Source: an uncultured Gammaproteobacteria bacterium (GTDB lineage: Bacteria; Patescibacteriota; Microgenomatia; Levybacterales; UBA12049). From it: a stretch of DNA of 64,000 bases. The notes under the pieces were generated by a model that searched no databases, was not told where the DNA came from, and saw only the letters and a program-made list of their open reading frames with translations. The stretch's first letter is position 1. Each line of letters opens with the position of its first letter. The DNA lies in the NCBI GenBank assembly GCA_964637955.1, contig CAZWXQ010000004.1:11368-75367 (forward strand). The letters are read 5' to 3'. This document shows positions 19,012 to 29,558 of this stretch, piece after piece. The position numbers and the translations under genes were made by a program.

Positions 19012-19944
19012 TCATAGAAGTCCTAGCTGATCCTCGGAGGGCTCATTCTTTTTTGGCTTTTCTTCTTTTGGTTTTTGATCCAACTTAAACCTAGTGATCA
19101 AACTGTTAAATGATAATGTTTCGAATTCTTTCAATAGCACTTCGCGATCCATTTTTGAAAGCAAGCATTCATCAAATTTAAGATGAATTGGGGCGTTTAT
19201 TTCAATTGTCGCAAGCTTCTTAGCCAATGCCGACTGCTCAGCATCGTTTGCTAATTTCTCGGCAATATTTGGACTTATCTCCCCAATATGCTCATATATT
19301 CCTTCAATATTTTTATATTTATTTAATAAATTTGCAGCCCCCTTTGGTCCAATTCCATTTACTCCTGGATAATTGTCAGAAGAATCCCCCACTAAAGCTT
19401 TGTAATCAATAAACTGAGATGGAGTTAATCCATATTTTTCAACAACTTTTTCTTCATCAAACAAAATCATCTTTGTTACGCCTGTTATTGGCGCAAGAAT
19501 CATTACTTTTTTATTCACAAGTTGAAGCAAATCTCGATCTCCAGTAAGTATTATCACTTCATCCTCGGGACTTTTTTCAATTGCTTGTTTTGAAATAGTC
19601 CCTATAAGATCATCTGCTTCGTATCTATCAAGTTCAAAAACGCAAACATTTATTTTTGCCAATATTTTCCTGATAATTTCAAATTGATTTGACAATTCGA
19701 CTTCCATTTTTGGACGTGTCGCTTGATAACCAACATATAGCTGTTTTCTAAAGGTGGGAGCAGGACGGTCAAAACAAACTACAAGATGCGCCGGTGCAAG
19801 ATCTGAAATTATTTTTAAAGTCATGCTGAAGAATCCATAAACAGCATTGGTAAGCTGCCCATCTTCAGTTTTATGAAGGGGTGGAAGGGCGTGATAAGCG
19901 CGGTGAACTATCGCATTTCCATCTATTAAGACTAATCTACTCAT
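19012..19944 (-). CDS. stand-alone 5'-3' exonuclease (PolA N-terminal domain)
   Basis: LIDGN, RAYHA, EADD, TGDRD, GDSSDN, GIGPK. Confidence 0.93.
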   Translation of the reverse strand: MSRLVLIDGNAIVHRAYHALPPLHKTEDGQLTNAVYGFFSMTLKIISDLAPAHLVVCFDRPAPTFRKQLYVGYQATRPKMEVELSNQFEIIRKILAKINVCVFELDRYEADDLIGTISKQAIEKSPEDEVIILTGDRDLLQLVNKKVMILAPITGVTKMILFDEEKVVEKYGLTPSQFIDYKALVGDSSDNYPGVNGIGPKGAANLLNKYKNIEGIYEHIGEISPNIAEKLANDAEQSALAKKLATIEINAPIHLKFDECLLSKMDREVLLKEFETLSFNSLITRFKLDQKPKEEKPKKNEPSEDQLGLL

Positions 19945-20021
19945 ATTACTTGTCTACAAGTTTGTCAAAAAAAAACAAACAGGATAATGGGATTATATCA
20001 ACTTTAGGAATTAAATGAGGA

Positions 20022-20633
20022 TTACTTTTGGAATTTTCTGTAAAGAAGAGCTGTTGCTAAGAATGTTAAAGGAATTGTAACCGCAAGCCCAATTCCAAAG
20101 AATAATGCTCCAATAAAGTTAATAATTAAGAATAAGATTGAGAGGAAGAACAGATTTACTACTCCATTCCTCGTTAACTCCCAGCTCTTTTTAATTGAAT
20201 CCATTACTCCAGCATCTTTGTCTACGATGTAATATGTGAAGAACATAAGTCTAATTCCAAGATAGATTCCTGGAATTACAAAGAGTATTAATCCCCCCAT
20301 CACAATTACGCCAACAATAATTCCAGCTGCGATATTTCGCAAAATCTTCATTGCGATATTTGGATATGTGTAAAGATCTTGAATTGCTGCCTTATGCCCG
20401 TCTACTATTTTAAGAACTAAATTATATGCTCCAAGCTGAATAACTAAAAATACTATGAGGAAAACGAGAGATAAGATTGTAGCGAGAAAAGATTCTTTGA
20501 ATAAATAGTTTACGCCGTATTGAGCAATATAATAAACCAAATAAACACCCATCAAAGCCAAGATAATATTTAAATTCTTTTTAAATAGCTCCCAAGCTTC
20601 TTTTATAAGATCAATTTTCCCGAAATTATTCAT
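20022..20633 (-). CDS. integral membrane protein (DUF975-like)
   Basis: ILFVIPGIY, DSIKKSWELT; ATG 20633 preferred because TTG 20669 is the -35 box. Confidence 0.75.
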   Translation of the reverse strand: MNNFGKIDLIKEAWELFKKNLNIILALMGVYLVYYIAQYGVNYLFKESFLATILSLVFLIVFLVIQLGAYNLVLKIVDGHKAAIQDLYTYPNIAMKILRNIAAGIIVGVIVMGGLILFVIPGIYLGIRLMFFTYYIVDKDAGVMDSIKKSWELTRNGVVNLFFLSILFLIINFIGALFFGIGLAVTIPLTFLATALLYRKFQK

Positions 20634-20746
20634 TAAGGCAATTGTCATACTTTTGTACCCAATTGTCAAGCGATAATCCTCGATTATCGCGCAGTACTCG
20701 AACGAAGTGAGCGGTGCAAGAAGCAGTTAGCTTCAGTATCTGAAAT

Positions 20747-22636
20747 CTAGCTGATCCCTTGTAGTGGAATAATCGCAGGTTTGTGACCAGGAAGAATCTT
20801 CTTCGGCCCAATTAGTTTTTCAAATTCTTCTGATTCCATTGTTTCAACTTTTAATAACTCTGTTGCCAGAATATCTAACTTTTTTCTAAGCTTTTTAAGA
20901 GTCTTTAGTGCTGTTTCGTAGCCTTCATCAATAATTCTTTTTACTTCTACGTCAATTTTTGCTCTCATCTCAGGAGACAATTCATCTGAATCATATGGTG
21001 TCTCTTTTTGGAGATCAAGAGTAATAGGTCCAAGATTACTCATTCCGAATCTTGTCACCATGGCACGCGCTACTTGTGTCGCCTTCTCCATGTCATTAGA
21101 GGCTCCGGTAGTAATATCATCGAAAACCAATTTTTCAGCAGCTTGACCACCGAGCATCATCGCAATTTCCTCAATTAAATGAGACTTAGTTTCATGAACT
21201 CGGTCAATTGGCTCAGTCATAGTGTGCCCAAGACTCATTCCACGACTAACAATTGAAATTCTATGAATCGGATCAATATGAGGCATTTCCCAACCTACCA
21301 ATGCATGCCCTGCTTCATGATACGCTGTCATTCTTCTGTCTTGCTCTGTCTGAAGTCTTTTTTTCTCAGGCCCAAGTTTTACCTTAGTTGCTGCTTCTTC
21401 AATATCTGACATATCTACTTTCTTTTTATTATTTCTTGCAGCGCGAATTGCAGCCTCATTAAGCATGTTTTCAAGATCAGCTCCTGAAAAACCAACTGTT
21501 CTTTTTGCTACCCTATCCCAATCAACCTTAGCCTCAAATGGCTTATTTTTAGCATGAATCATAAGTATGTTTTTTCTTCCCGCTACATCTGGTAATTCAA
21601 GAGCAACTCGACGATCAAATCTTCCAGGTCGAACTAAAGCAGGATCTAAAACGTCAGGTCTATTTGTGGCTGCCATAACTACAAGCTGCTCATTTGGAGA
21701 AAAACCATCCATCTCAACAAGAATCTGATTTAAGGTTTGCTCACGCTCATCATGTCCACCCATATATCCCCCACCTCGTTGCCTACCGATAGCATCAATT
21801 TCATCTATAAATATAATTGCAGGTTGAGATTTTTTAGCTGTATTAAACAAATCACGAACACGGGATGCTCCAACTCCTACCAACATTTCCATAAATTCAC
21901 TTCCAGCCATAGAGAAGAAAGGCACATTTGCTTCACCTGCTGTTGCGCGTGCAAGAAGAGTTTTTCCAGTTCCTGCAGGGCCAATCATGAGTACGCCCTT
22001 CGGGGTTCTAGCTCCAATCGATCGGTATTTTGCAGGATTTTTAAGAAAATCTACTATTTCAGTTAATTCTTGCTTTGCCTCATCTACTCCTGCGACATCA
22101 TCAAAACCAATCTTAGGCATATCTTTGCTGTAAAGCTTAGCTTGAGATTTTCCAAAAGAAAAAACATTATCCTGCGCTCCTCTTGCCTGACGGAAAATAA
22201 AATAGAAAAATGCGACCATAAGAACTATCGGAAGAATAGAAATAAGAATATTCATCGTGTTATTCAATGTGGTTTTATCATTTACTGTTACTACGATTGC
22301 TCCAAGAGGCACTCCGGCATCTTTAAACATGGTGTAAACATCAGATCCTGGCTCTTTAAAAGCTTGAAGTGTCTTATCGCCATTTTTAGGAGTAAGAACT
22401 AATTTATTATCAAATACTTCAATTGCTTTTATTTTACCGGCCTTAGAATCTGAAATTGCCTGGGAAAGAGGAATAGTTTTAGATTCATTTAAACCAGCTC
22501 CCGGCTGACTCAGTCCCATGAAAATAAAAGCCAAAAACAAGAAAACTACACCGTAAATGAGTATGTTTTTCCAGTTTTTATACTGATTTAGCTTTGAGGA
22601 AAGGTCTTTTTTATTTGACTTCTGTGGATTTTTCAT
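20747..22636 (-). CDS. ftsH: ATP-dependent zinc metalloprotease FtsH
   Basis: Two TM segments, [22 protein letters not shown]. Confidence 0.97.
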   Translation of the reverse strand: MKNPQKSNKKDLSSKLNQYKNWKNILIYGVVFLFLAFIFMGLSQPGAGLNESKTIPLSQAISDSKAGKIKAIEVFDNKLVLTPKNGDKTLQAFKEPGSDVYTMFKDAGVPLGAIVVTVNDKTTLNNTMNILISILPIVLMVAFFYFIFRQARGAQDNVFSFGKSQAKLYSKDMPKIGFDDVAGVDEAKQELTEIVDFLKNPAKYRSIGARTPKGVLMIGPAGTGKTLLARATAGEANVPFFSMAGSEFMEMLVGVGASRVRDLFNTAKKSQPAIIFIDEIDAIGRQRGGGYMGGHDEREQTLNQILVEMDGFSPNEQLVVMAATNRPDVLDPALVRPGRFDRRVALELPDVAGRKNILMIHAKNKPFEAKVDWDRVAKRTVGFSGADLENMLNEAAIRAARNNKKKVDMSDIEEAATKVKLGPEKKRLQTEQDRRMTAYHEAGHALVGWEMPHIDPIHRISIVSRGMSLGHTMTEPIDRVHETKSHLIEEIAMMLGGQAAEKLVFDDITTGASNDMEKATQVARAMVTRFGMSNLGPITLDLQKETPYDSDELSPEMRAKIDVEVKRIIDEGYETALKTLKKLRKKLDILATELLKVETMESEEFEKLIGPKKILPGHKPAIIPLQGIS

Positions 22637-22743
22637 TTGATGCAAAATTATAACACACGCAGGCTGAAATTTCCAAGTATTTTAAAAACTCGAGACTACT
22701 AATGCTTGCCTCTATAGACTTGCATTGATAAAATGTACTGCTT

Positions 22744-23604
22744 ATGGAAAAAAGTCACCTAAGACCAAGAGAGATCACGCGCAATCTTATACTAACTGCT
22801 GTATTAATTGCAGGCGGCTCAACTGCTATTGACTGCAGTCCAACTACAGACACTACTCCACACCCCACTGAAATCCTAGAAGCAAATCCCGAACTTAATC
22901 AATTTGAAATTACAATCATGAATGAAGTCAAAAGAAGAGGAATAGAAGCTAGCGCTGATGAACAAGCAATATTTCAAAATTCAAATTTATCTTACAATTT
23001 TAATCCAAATACACTTGATTTAAGCAGATCAGGCAATGCGGCTCTGGAAAAAGCAAGAATAGATTCACTTGTAAGATTTGGAAGTACAGGGGAAATTATG
23101 TCCGTGTCTAAAAATAAAAAATATAGAACTTCCCAGGATATATTGGGCTACTATATTGATCAGAAAATTATTGATTATGATATAAAATTAGATGAAACTG
23201 GCATTCCTCTTACGTTTACTTCTGGATATGATGACCAAGGACTATTTCATGGAACGATTTCGGTTGACGCAAATTTTGCAAATAATCAATCAAATTCGCT
23301 TAATATGGCTGATCAAATGGTCCATTTAGCTTCACTCGTAGATAGCATAATTGAAAATGCTACTAAGATTCCTGAAGATTTGAGTCCACAAGAAAAAAAT
23401 AAATTACTCGCACAGCTTGAATCCCCAGAGCAAAGAGCAAAAGCATATGCCCAGCAAGCTGAAGCATATATTCAAGAGGTTGGTTTAATTGGTAAATCCT
23501 ATGCACTTCCCGCATCAGGCGTAGGGCAAAGGACGGCTAAATACATTGACTTAGGAATGAATCCGACGAGTCCAGAGTGGATAGATTATATTGAAAATGG
23601 CTAA
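22744..23604 (+). CDS. hypothetical exported or lipoprotein-like protein
   Basis: N-terminal hydrophobic segment followed by Cys and Pro/Thr linker. Confidence 0.65.
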   Translation: MEKSHLRPREITRNLILTAVLIAGGSTAIDCSPTTDTTPHPTEILEANPELNQFEITIMNEVKRRGIEASADEQAIFQNSNLSYNFNPNTLDLSRSGNAALEKARIDSLVRFGSTGEIMSVSKNKKYRTSQDILGYYIDQKIIDYDIKLDETGIPLTFTSGYDDQGLFHGTISVDANFANNQSNSLNMADQMVHLASLVDSIIENATKIPEDLSPQEKNKLLAQLESPEQRAKAYAQQAEAYIQEVGLIGKSYALPASGVGQRTAKYIDLGMNPTSPEWIDYIENG

Positions 23605-23617
23605 ACCGAAAGCTAGA

Positions 23618-24601
23618 TTAAGCTTTTAATCCCATTTTTTCTTTAACTTCATTAAGCGTATTTGAGGCTACTTCCCTACAAATTTGCGTGTGTTTAGTTA
23701 ACATATCTTCCAAATCAAAGCTTGCTTCTATTTCTCTTCTTCTTTCTTGAATCGGTTTTAACATTTCATAAATTGCGTCTGCAACCGCCGGTTTCATCTC
23801 TGAATATCTAATATTTCCGCTGGCATAATCCTGATCAAATTTATTATACAATTCATCACTTAAGAAGAGCTTTGCAAGCTTAAAGAAGTTTGCAGCATTT
23901 TCTGATTTTTCGGATCCTGAAATATTTCCATCATCAGTTGGAACTTTTGAAATTTTCTTACTAATCGCGTCCAAATCATCAGTCAAAAGAATCGATGATC
24001 CCTCAACTGTCTTACTCATTTTCCCTGCTCCGGTAAGACTTGGCACATATTCGCCTTTAGTTGCAAACCTTTGCGGCTCAGGAAAAAGTTCGCCATATGT
24101 CTGATTAAATTTGCGTGCAATCTCGCGCGTCACTTCAAGATGCGGCTCTTGATCAATTCCAGTCGGAACCAAATCAGCTTTATAAAGCATAATATCTGCA
24201 GCCATGAGAACAGGATAATAAAGAAGACCCATATTCACATATTTCGGATACTGCGCTTTCTTATCTTTGTAGGTCGGAAGATCCTCAAGCCTAGATACTG
24301 GATAAATCGTACCTAACAAGTATGCAAGCTCCGTATGCTCTGGTACACGACTTTGGATTTCAATAAGACATTTCTCTGGATCAAGACCAGCTGCAAGGAA
24401 ATCTAGAATTACATCTTTTATGTTTTGCTGTAAATTTTCAGGCTCATATGGAGTAGTAATTGCGTGAAGATCAACCACACTAAAAACACAGTCGTATTCA
24501 TCTTGGAGTTCTAGCATACCTTTTATTGCACCTAAATAATTTCCAAGATGAAGCCGACCTGTCGCTCTAATTCCACTATAAACTTTCTTTTTATTTTCCA
24601 T
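23618..24601 (-). CDS. trpS: tryptophan--tRNA ligase
   Basis: HLGNY, YPVLMAADI, KMSKT. Confidence 0.97.
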   Translation of the reverse strand: MENKKKVYSGIRATGRLHLGNYLGAIKGMLELQDEYDCVFSVVDLHAITTPYEPENLQQNIKDVILDFLAAGLDPEKCLIEIQSRVPEHTELAYLLGTIYPVSRLEDLPTYKDKKAQYPKYVNMGLLYYPVLMAADIMLYKADLVPTGIDQEPHLEVTREIARKFNQTYGELFPEPQRFATKGEYVPSLTGAGKMSKTVEGSSILLTDDLDAISKKISKVPTDDGNISGSEKSENAANFFKLAKLFLSDELYNKFDQDYASGNIRYSEMKPAVADAIYEMLKPIQERRREIEASFDLEDMLTKHTQICREVASNTLNEVKEKMGLKA

Positions 24602-24652
24602 ATATTTTAAGTATAGTTAGATTTTTAAATCTATTCTACCGTGATTATAGCA

Positions 24653-25264
24653 TTATACTTCGCGCCGCATAATTGGCTTTAAAGACTGAACTACTCCACC
24701 ATGAAGCTCAGCATTAAACATTTGCCCTAACTCTGGCCCAAATAGCGATTCTACGATTGCAATACTTCCAGTCCCATACCCCTGAAATGGAACATGTACC
24801 AATTTATAGTGTAGTCCATCCAAACTAAATACTCTTGAATCAGGCACTTTTCCCTGCATCAGATCTACTTCTAAAAGAAATTCAGATATATCTATCGGAT
24901 AAAAAGCTATAGCTGCTTGAAATAAAACTTCTCCAAACAATTTATCTTCTACGTCCTCAAACAGCCCATCATCATTTATAAATCTTTTAAAAATAACGCC
25001 TGGTTTTAAATAAATAGATTCACTTTTCTGGTAATCCTTATTCTCACTAGTTAAACTAGCATTTAACAAATTACGTCTTTCATCTTCAAGCTCAATTAGC
25101 TTATCCATTTGACGTTTTGTATATCCACTTTTTCCTACCATTTCCTCACCAATTTCCGCTAATGGAATCAAAACTGGCTCTCCATGAAACTTATATAATT
25201 CCATTCCTTCCGGAACTTCTGGCAATACTTGTCTTTTATCAAATCTTGGTTTTCCTCTTTCCAT
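24653..25264 (-). CDS. hypothetical protein
   Basis: 203 aa with SD-like AAGGTGGTGA upstream. Confidence 0.7.
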   Translation of the reverse strand: MERGKPRFDKRQVLPEVPEGMELYKFHGEPVLIPLAEIGEEMVGKSGYTKRQMDKLIELEDERRNLLNASLTSENKDYQKSESIYLKPGVIFKRFINDDGLFEDVEDKLFGEVLFQAAIAFYPIDISEFLLEVDLMQGKVPDSRVFSLDGLHYKLVHVPFQGYGTGSIAIVESLFGPELGQMFNAELHGGVVQSLKPIMRREV

Positions 25265-25436
25265 AATTATTCACCACCTTTTTAGAAAAACTTAAAGAAT
25301 GCAAAGCATGAGTTTTAGTTTTTCTTATACTTAAATCGAAGATTTAAGTGCTAATCTCTTATCGATCCCTCTTTAGAGAGATTTAGAGCTAGATACGTTT
25401 AGATCAAAGTTCTAAGCATCAACTCTTTTATCCATT

Positions 25437-25461
25437 AAAAAACCTCCATCTCTGGAGGTTT
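25437..25461 (-). terminator. terminator of probable Trp attenuator
   Basis: AAACCTCCA-GAGA-TGGAGG-TTTTTT. Confidence 0.8.
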
Positions 25462-25490
25462 ATGTTAAAGCAAAAATCTAAATTTTCGCG

Positions 25491-25607
25491 CTAAAAAAAG
25501 CCTCCCAAATGAAGGTCTTGCCAACTTAATCCTAAGCTGTCATCCTGAACTCGCGCCGCTTCGGAGAAGCCAGTACTCTTGAGGTGATTCAGGATCTTAA
25601 CAAACAT
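25491..25607 (-). CDS. candidate Trp leader peptide with in-frame REP insertion
   Basis: ATG 4 nt after trpR-like stop; one TGG codon just before alternative-pairing segments. Confidence 0.5.
   Translation of the reverse strand: MFVKILNHLKSTGFSEAARVQDDSLGLSWQDLHLGGFF
25538..25597 (+). repeat. extended 60-bp TGTCA-tagged REP-like element
   Basis: TGTCATCCTGAA...TTCAGGATCT with loop homologous to the 17643 copy. Confidence 0.85.
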
Positions 25608-25611
25608 AATC

Positions 25612-25884
25612 TTATACATTTTGAAATTTTCCATTCTGAAGTTCTTTTGATCCCCTACCCACTGTCGCAACTCCAACTCCAAGCTTTCCTGCAATTTCAT
25701 GCTGAGAAATTCCTTTTTTTAAGAGCTTGATAATTTCTAGTCTGTGGGGAAGTTCGATTAATTCTTTTGGAGTTAAAATCCCTTCCAAAAATACTTTCAT
25801 TTCAGATTTACTTTCAATTTTTAAAAGAAAATCTATAAATTCCTCAAGCTGCTTATTCTCCTTTTCTCTATTTAATCTCATCAT
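25612..25884 (-). CDS. trpR: TrpR/YerC-like repressor
   Basis: ILTPKE, SQHEIAGKLGVGVATVGRGS HTH; near trpS; start at ATG 25884 or 25881. Confidence 0.85.
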   Translation of the reverse strand: MMRLNREKENKQLEEFIDFLLKIESKSEMKVFLEGILTPKELIELPHRLEIIKLLKKGISQHEIAGKLGVGVATVGRGSKELQNGKFQNV

Positions 25885-25916
25885 ACTAGTATACTGATAG
25901 TATAAACACATGTCAA
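25883..25916 (-). promoter_or_regulatory. trpR promoter with overlapping TrpR-like operator
   Basis: TTGACA-17-TATACT; TATACTATCAGTATACTAGTAT resembles the ACTAGT-type TrpR operator. Confidence 0.7.
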
Positions 25917-25958
25917 TAACTAGAATAAAGTGGATAAACTAAAATTTATGAAAAAAAG

Positions 25959-26507
25959 CTAAGCAGTAATTCCTAATGCGGCTGCTATAACTTGTATCTG
26001 TAGTGGATCGTTAATTACTCTACCGTATGCCCTATTTACAGGAGTATCATTTCCTAAAAATACCCGCCCATGAAAACTTCCTTCAAATTCTTCGCCAGTA
26101 TAATAATCTACGCTAGGCGTTATATAGCCTAGCTCTACTCTTACCCCGTTTGCGCTTCCACTTAGTGTATAAATTCTGCTTCGCTTATCAGTCGCATCAA
26201 AATTTTCAGAATTCGGATTTTTCCAAATTGATATTGAAGCCAACTTTAACCCATTTGCGCTAGCTGTAGCTTTTCTCTCATCATCTTCATCTCGGATGCT
26301 AATATCTATTGCTCCATTCTCACTAACACCGGGCGTTGATAAATCAACACCTTCAAAAAATCTATTTACCTTAGCAACCATGGCTTCCTGAATATCTGGT
26401 AGCTTTCTTTCAGCAATTCTAGCTGCACGCTGCTCCCATAAAATTCTAGCCTGTTCTGCTCTAGATCTTTGAACTGTAACCGTAACTGGTTGCTTTTCAG
26501 CTGTCAT
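25959..26507 (-). CDS. hypothetical protein
   Basis: 182 aa; TTGACA-16-TATAAT upstream. Confidence 0.7.
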   Translation of the reverse strand: MTAEKQPVTVTVQRSRAEQARILWEQRAARIAERKLPDIQEAMVAKVNRFFEGVDLSTPGVSENGAIDISIRDEDDERKATASANGLKLASISIWKNPNSENFDATDKRSRIYTLSGSANGVRVELGYITPSVDYYTGEEFEGSFHGRVFLGNDTPVNRAYGRVINDPLQIQVIAAALGITA

Positions 26508-26593
26508 AGCGTCTCATTATACATCTTGAAGCTAAATTGTCAAATCATAGAGAAATTTGTCTTGACTTTTAAGATCGTTTTTCGTAGTCTTAA

Positions 26594-27409
26594 ATGATGC
26601 CAGATCCTGTCCCACCACCACCCGGAGTTTGGACCGTAAACGGCCCAGCTGAAGCATTACCTCAAGCGGGTCAAGCTATTGCAACTCCAAGTGCTGCCCC
26701 AACTTACACTCCTCAAACAATTCAACCCCCTGAAGTAGTTGCCGGATTGGCTTCCGCAGCAGAAATAAAAGCTCCATCAATAATTGGCATAAATACGCCT
26801 GAACAACCTGCAGCTGGAGCTCCACTTGCACCAAGCGGAATACCAGCTCCTATCACAGGCGGAGCTGAAAGTGGCCTTCCTCCCGGCATGCAATTACCAA
26901 ATTACCCCATCAGACTTGGTGGCGATAATGGACTCCCTCCTCAAGCAGCACCTGCAGCTGAACTAGGTGGCCAAGCTGTTCAAAACATACAAGTTCCTGA
27001 GTTACATTTGAGCGCTCTCCCAGGTGGGATGGCCGTAGATCAAAACGCTTCAGCTAATCTACCAACAACTCCTGGATTTTTATCTACAGCTTCTGCAGAA
27101 CCAATCGCTAGCACAGCAGTTGCGCCTTTTCCTCTGAATCCAGAAGGCCAAGCCGCTGTAACAGTAACACCTGAAGTTCCGACAGCTCCAAATCTTACTT
27201 CCCTAGAACACCATTTAATCGAGAACTGGAAAAATTTGAGCGCCATAGAAATAGTTCAAAATTTTAATGAATTATTAACCAATCTAAGGGTAGGAGGAAA
27301 AGCTTTGGATCCAGCTACTGAAGAAGCTATAACTCGTGCATGTACCGGCGCTTTACTAGCAAAAACTGGATTTCAGCCAGAATCAAACCTTGAGAAAAAA
27401 TGGGATTAA
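26594..27409 (+). CDS. Pro/Ala-rich hypothetical protein with helical C-terminus
   Basis: 271 aa, low-complexity N-terminal 200 aa. Confidence 0.65.
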   Translation: MMPDPVPPPPGVWTVNGPAEALPQAGQAIATPSAAPTYTPQTIQPPEVVAGLASAAEIKAPSIIGINTPEQPAAGAPLAPSGIPAPITGGAESGLPPGMQLPNYPIRLGGDNGLPPQAAPAAELGGQAVQNIQVPELHLSALPGGMAVDQNASANLPTTPGFLSTASAEPIASTAVAPFPLNPEGQAAVTVTPEVPTAPNLTSLEHHLIENWKNLSAIEIVQNFNELLTNLRVGGKALDPATEEAITRACTGALLAKTGFQPESNLEKKWD

Positions 27410-27476
27410 TCCTCTATTCGCCTCTGCTTTAACTTAAGATATTAAAATTAACTAATTAACTTAGGCTTTTTTGAAA

Positions 27477-28178
27477 TTAAGAATCTGAAGATAAAACTGC
27501 TATGGGCACTACTCCTAATCCACCTACATTACCCCAATTATCCCTATTTTCACTTGGATCAGAATGCGAAATACTAAAACCATATGCAGGATAAAATGCA
27601 CTAAGATCTATCAAATCGTTCCCAAAGAATGAAGATGACCTCACGCTCAAATAATCATTTGGATTTCCAAATCCTCTTATCTGTGGTCCAAATAAATTAG
27701 CCCCTGTCTGATTAAAGTGTAATAAAGTAATTTCGCATAACTCCGCAATATTCCCAACGACCAAATCATCTACTCCCTCCCCCAACTTTTCTATAAATTC
27801 ATCCTTCAATACAGCAACAGTATCTAATTGTTTCATAAAACTTTTTCCACTTGTACCAGAAGCTATAACTTGGCTTGGATTTATAGCAATCAAACCTTTT
27901 CTTGATCTAATATCCAAAACTTCTGGATGGTGAAGAACCCAAGAAGAACTATTAATCATATGCGGAGTTTCAAAAATTTCTCCAAGACTTCTACCGAGCA
28001 AATTATAAATCGCACTAAATCCAACCTCATTAAGTGCTTTTTTTAATTCTAAAGAGACATCATCTTTGGCGCTTTCCTCTTCAAATACGTCTCCTTGCTC
28101 ATTAATAAGTCTTTGGAGTGCATCTGCTTTTTCAACTTCACCACGCGACCGAACCAGAGCTTCAATTCTTGATAACAT
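27477..28178 (-). CDS. hypothetical protein
   Basis: 233-aa ORF. Confidence 0.7.
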   Translation of the reverse strand: MLSRIEALVRSRGEVEKADALQRLINEQGDVFEEESAKDDVSLELKKALNEVGFSAIYNLLGRSLGEIFETPHMINSSSWVLHHPEVLDIRSRKGLIAINPSQVIASGTSGKSFMKQLDTVAVLKDEFIEKLGEGVDDLVVGNIAELCEITLLHFNQTGANLFGPQIRGFGNPNDYLSVRSSSFFGNDLIDLSAFYPAYGFSISHSDPSENRDNWGNVGGLGVVPIAVLSSDS

Positions 28179-28283
28179 AACGGGAAATATATCACTAAGA
28201 GCTTATAAATTCAACGAATCCAGGCTTTTCAAGAATTCACAATTATTGATTTTTGCTCTCAATTTTGTTACTATAGGGCACTT

Positions 28284-29558
28284 ATGATGCGCTTTGAGGG
28301 ACAATATCCGCTAGAGCAAAGACAAATCGTTGATTCTAGAGGCCTTATTCAAGAACCTTTTCCAGATATTCCTCAAGCTCGTTTTGAGGCTATATTTGCG
28401 TCAATAGGTAATTCAGAATCTAAGTGCGCGACGCTTTTAAATCTTCCTCATACCCAACCCACAACAGCATCCGAACTTCATCAAGCATTTAAAGATTCAA
28501 CGAATGAGGCTTGGGATTTGCATCCATCAACAACTCAAAGCTATTGTGAAGAAACTTTTATACCGATTGGTTTTGTTGCTCGTTCAGAAATTCTTTATTA
28601 TGGTCGAACCAAATATAATAAAGGCTATAAAGTAACAGAGTCTGGATTAAGATTTGGTCAACCAATTGCCGCTTTCCTCTTACAGCAGTCAACAGAGCTT
28701 CCCTACGCACTTGAAACTTTATTCAGTATGACATCGAGAGGAAATGGCGGAGAAACCAGAGGTGTAATAAATAGAATAAGAGTTTTAGAAGCATTATATG
28801 AACAAAGAGAGTCTGAGTTTCCTATGACCAATCTTCAGATATCAGAAAAGTTGGATACTCAAAAATCTTATGTAGCAGGTCATTTGAAGTCCTTAAGAGA
28901 TCTTGGACTTATAAACTTTTCATCAATCAGCACAGAAAATAAAAGGATAATACCCTATTCGGTGGTTGGCAAAATACCAATAGCAGAAATTCCTACACTT
29001 AAGGCCGAGCATACTTTAACAAGAAATGTGGCAGAAATCATGAACACACTTGGCACAGCAGATATTCATACTGTAATGGAGGAATATGCAAGACGATTTC
29101 CAAATAATAAAATAGATGGATTTAGAGCTGCTAAAGTACTAAGCTTTCTAGCAAGGCATGGCTATATTGCTTCTGATTTTAAAATCGGAGAGATTCATTC
29201 AAACTCAAAAATTACTGAAGAAGGAATAAAAATTGTTGAAAATATTATTCATCCAATAAAAAGAGCGCTTGAAGGAGATGAAGATTTATTAGATGAATGG
29301 AGAGGTATTCCCTGGAGAGAATATGCAGAATCTGCTGTGAATAAACACAAACTTGCTTCCTCTCAAGCAAACGCAGGAACAATTCAGGAATGGGCATCGG
29401 AAGCGCTAGAAATTATCCTAAATAATCCAGGAATTCGCACAACAGACATAGGCTCAAGAATTAAAACTAATACCTCAGTAGTTTTAAAGTTACTTTTTGA
29501 TGAAGGCTTAATAAGAAAAGAAAAGGACAGAAAAGCTGTCAGATATTATGCTACTTAA
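28284..29558 (+). CDS. multi-winged-helix DNA-binding protein
   Basis: MTNLQISEKL..VAGHLKSLRDLGLI and NPGIRTTDIG..LFDEGLIRKEK HTH-like segments. Confidence 0.65.
   Translation: MMRFEGQYPLEQRQIVDSRGLIQEPFPDIPQARFEAIFASIGNSESKCATLLNLPHTQPTTASELHQAFKDSTNEAWDLHPSTTQSYCEETFIPIGFVARSEILYYGRTKYNKGYKVTESGLRFGQPIAAFLLQQSTELPYALETLFSMTSRGNGGETRGVINRIRVLEALYEQRESEFPMTNLQISEKLDTQKSYVAGHLKSLRDLGLINFSSISTENKRIIPYSVVGKIPIAEIPTLKAEHTLTRNVAEIMNTLGTADIHTVMEEYARRFPNNKIDGFRAAKVLSFLARHGYIASDFKIGEIHSNSKITEEGIKIVENIIHPIKRALEGDEDLLDEWRGIPWREYAESAVNKHKLASSQANAGTIQEWASEALEIILNNPGIRTTDIGSRIKTNTSVVLKLLFDEGLIRKEKDRKAVRYYAT

Noticed and set aside
24602-25264. T-box riboswitch before trpS
   Set aside because: The gap upstream of trpS is only about 50 nt and no T-box antiterminator motif was seen
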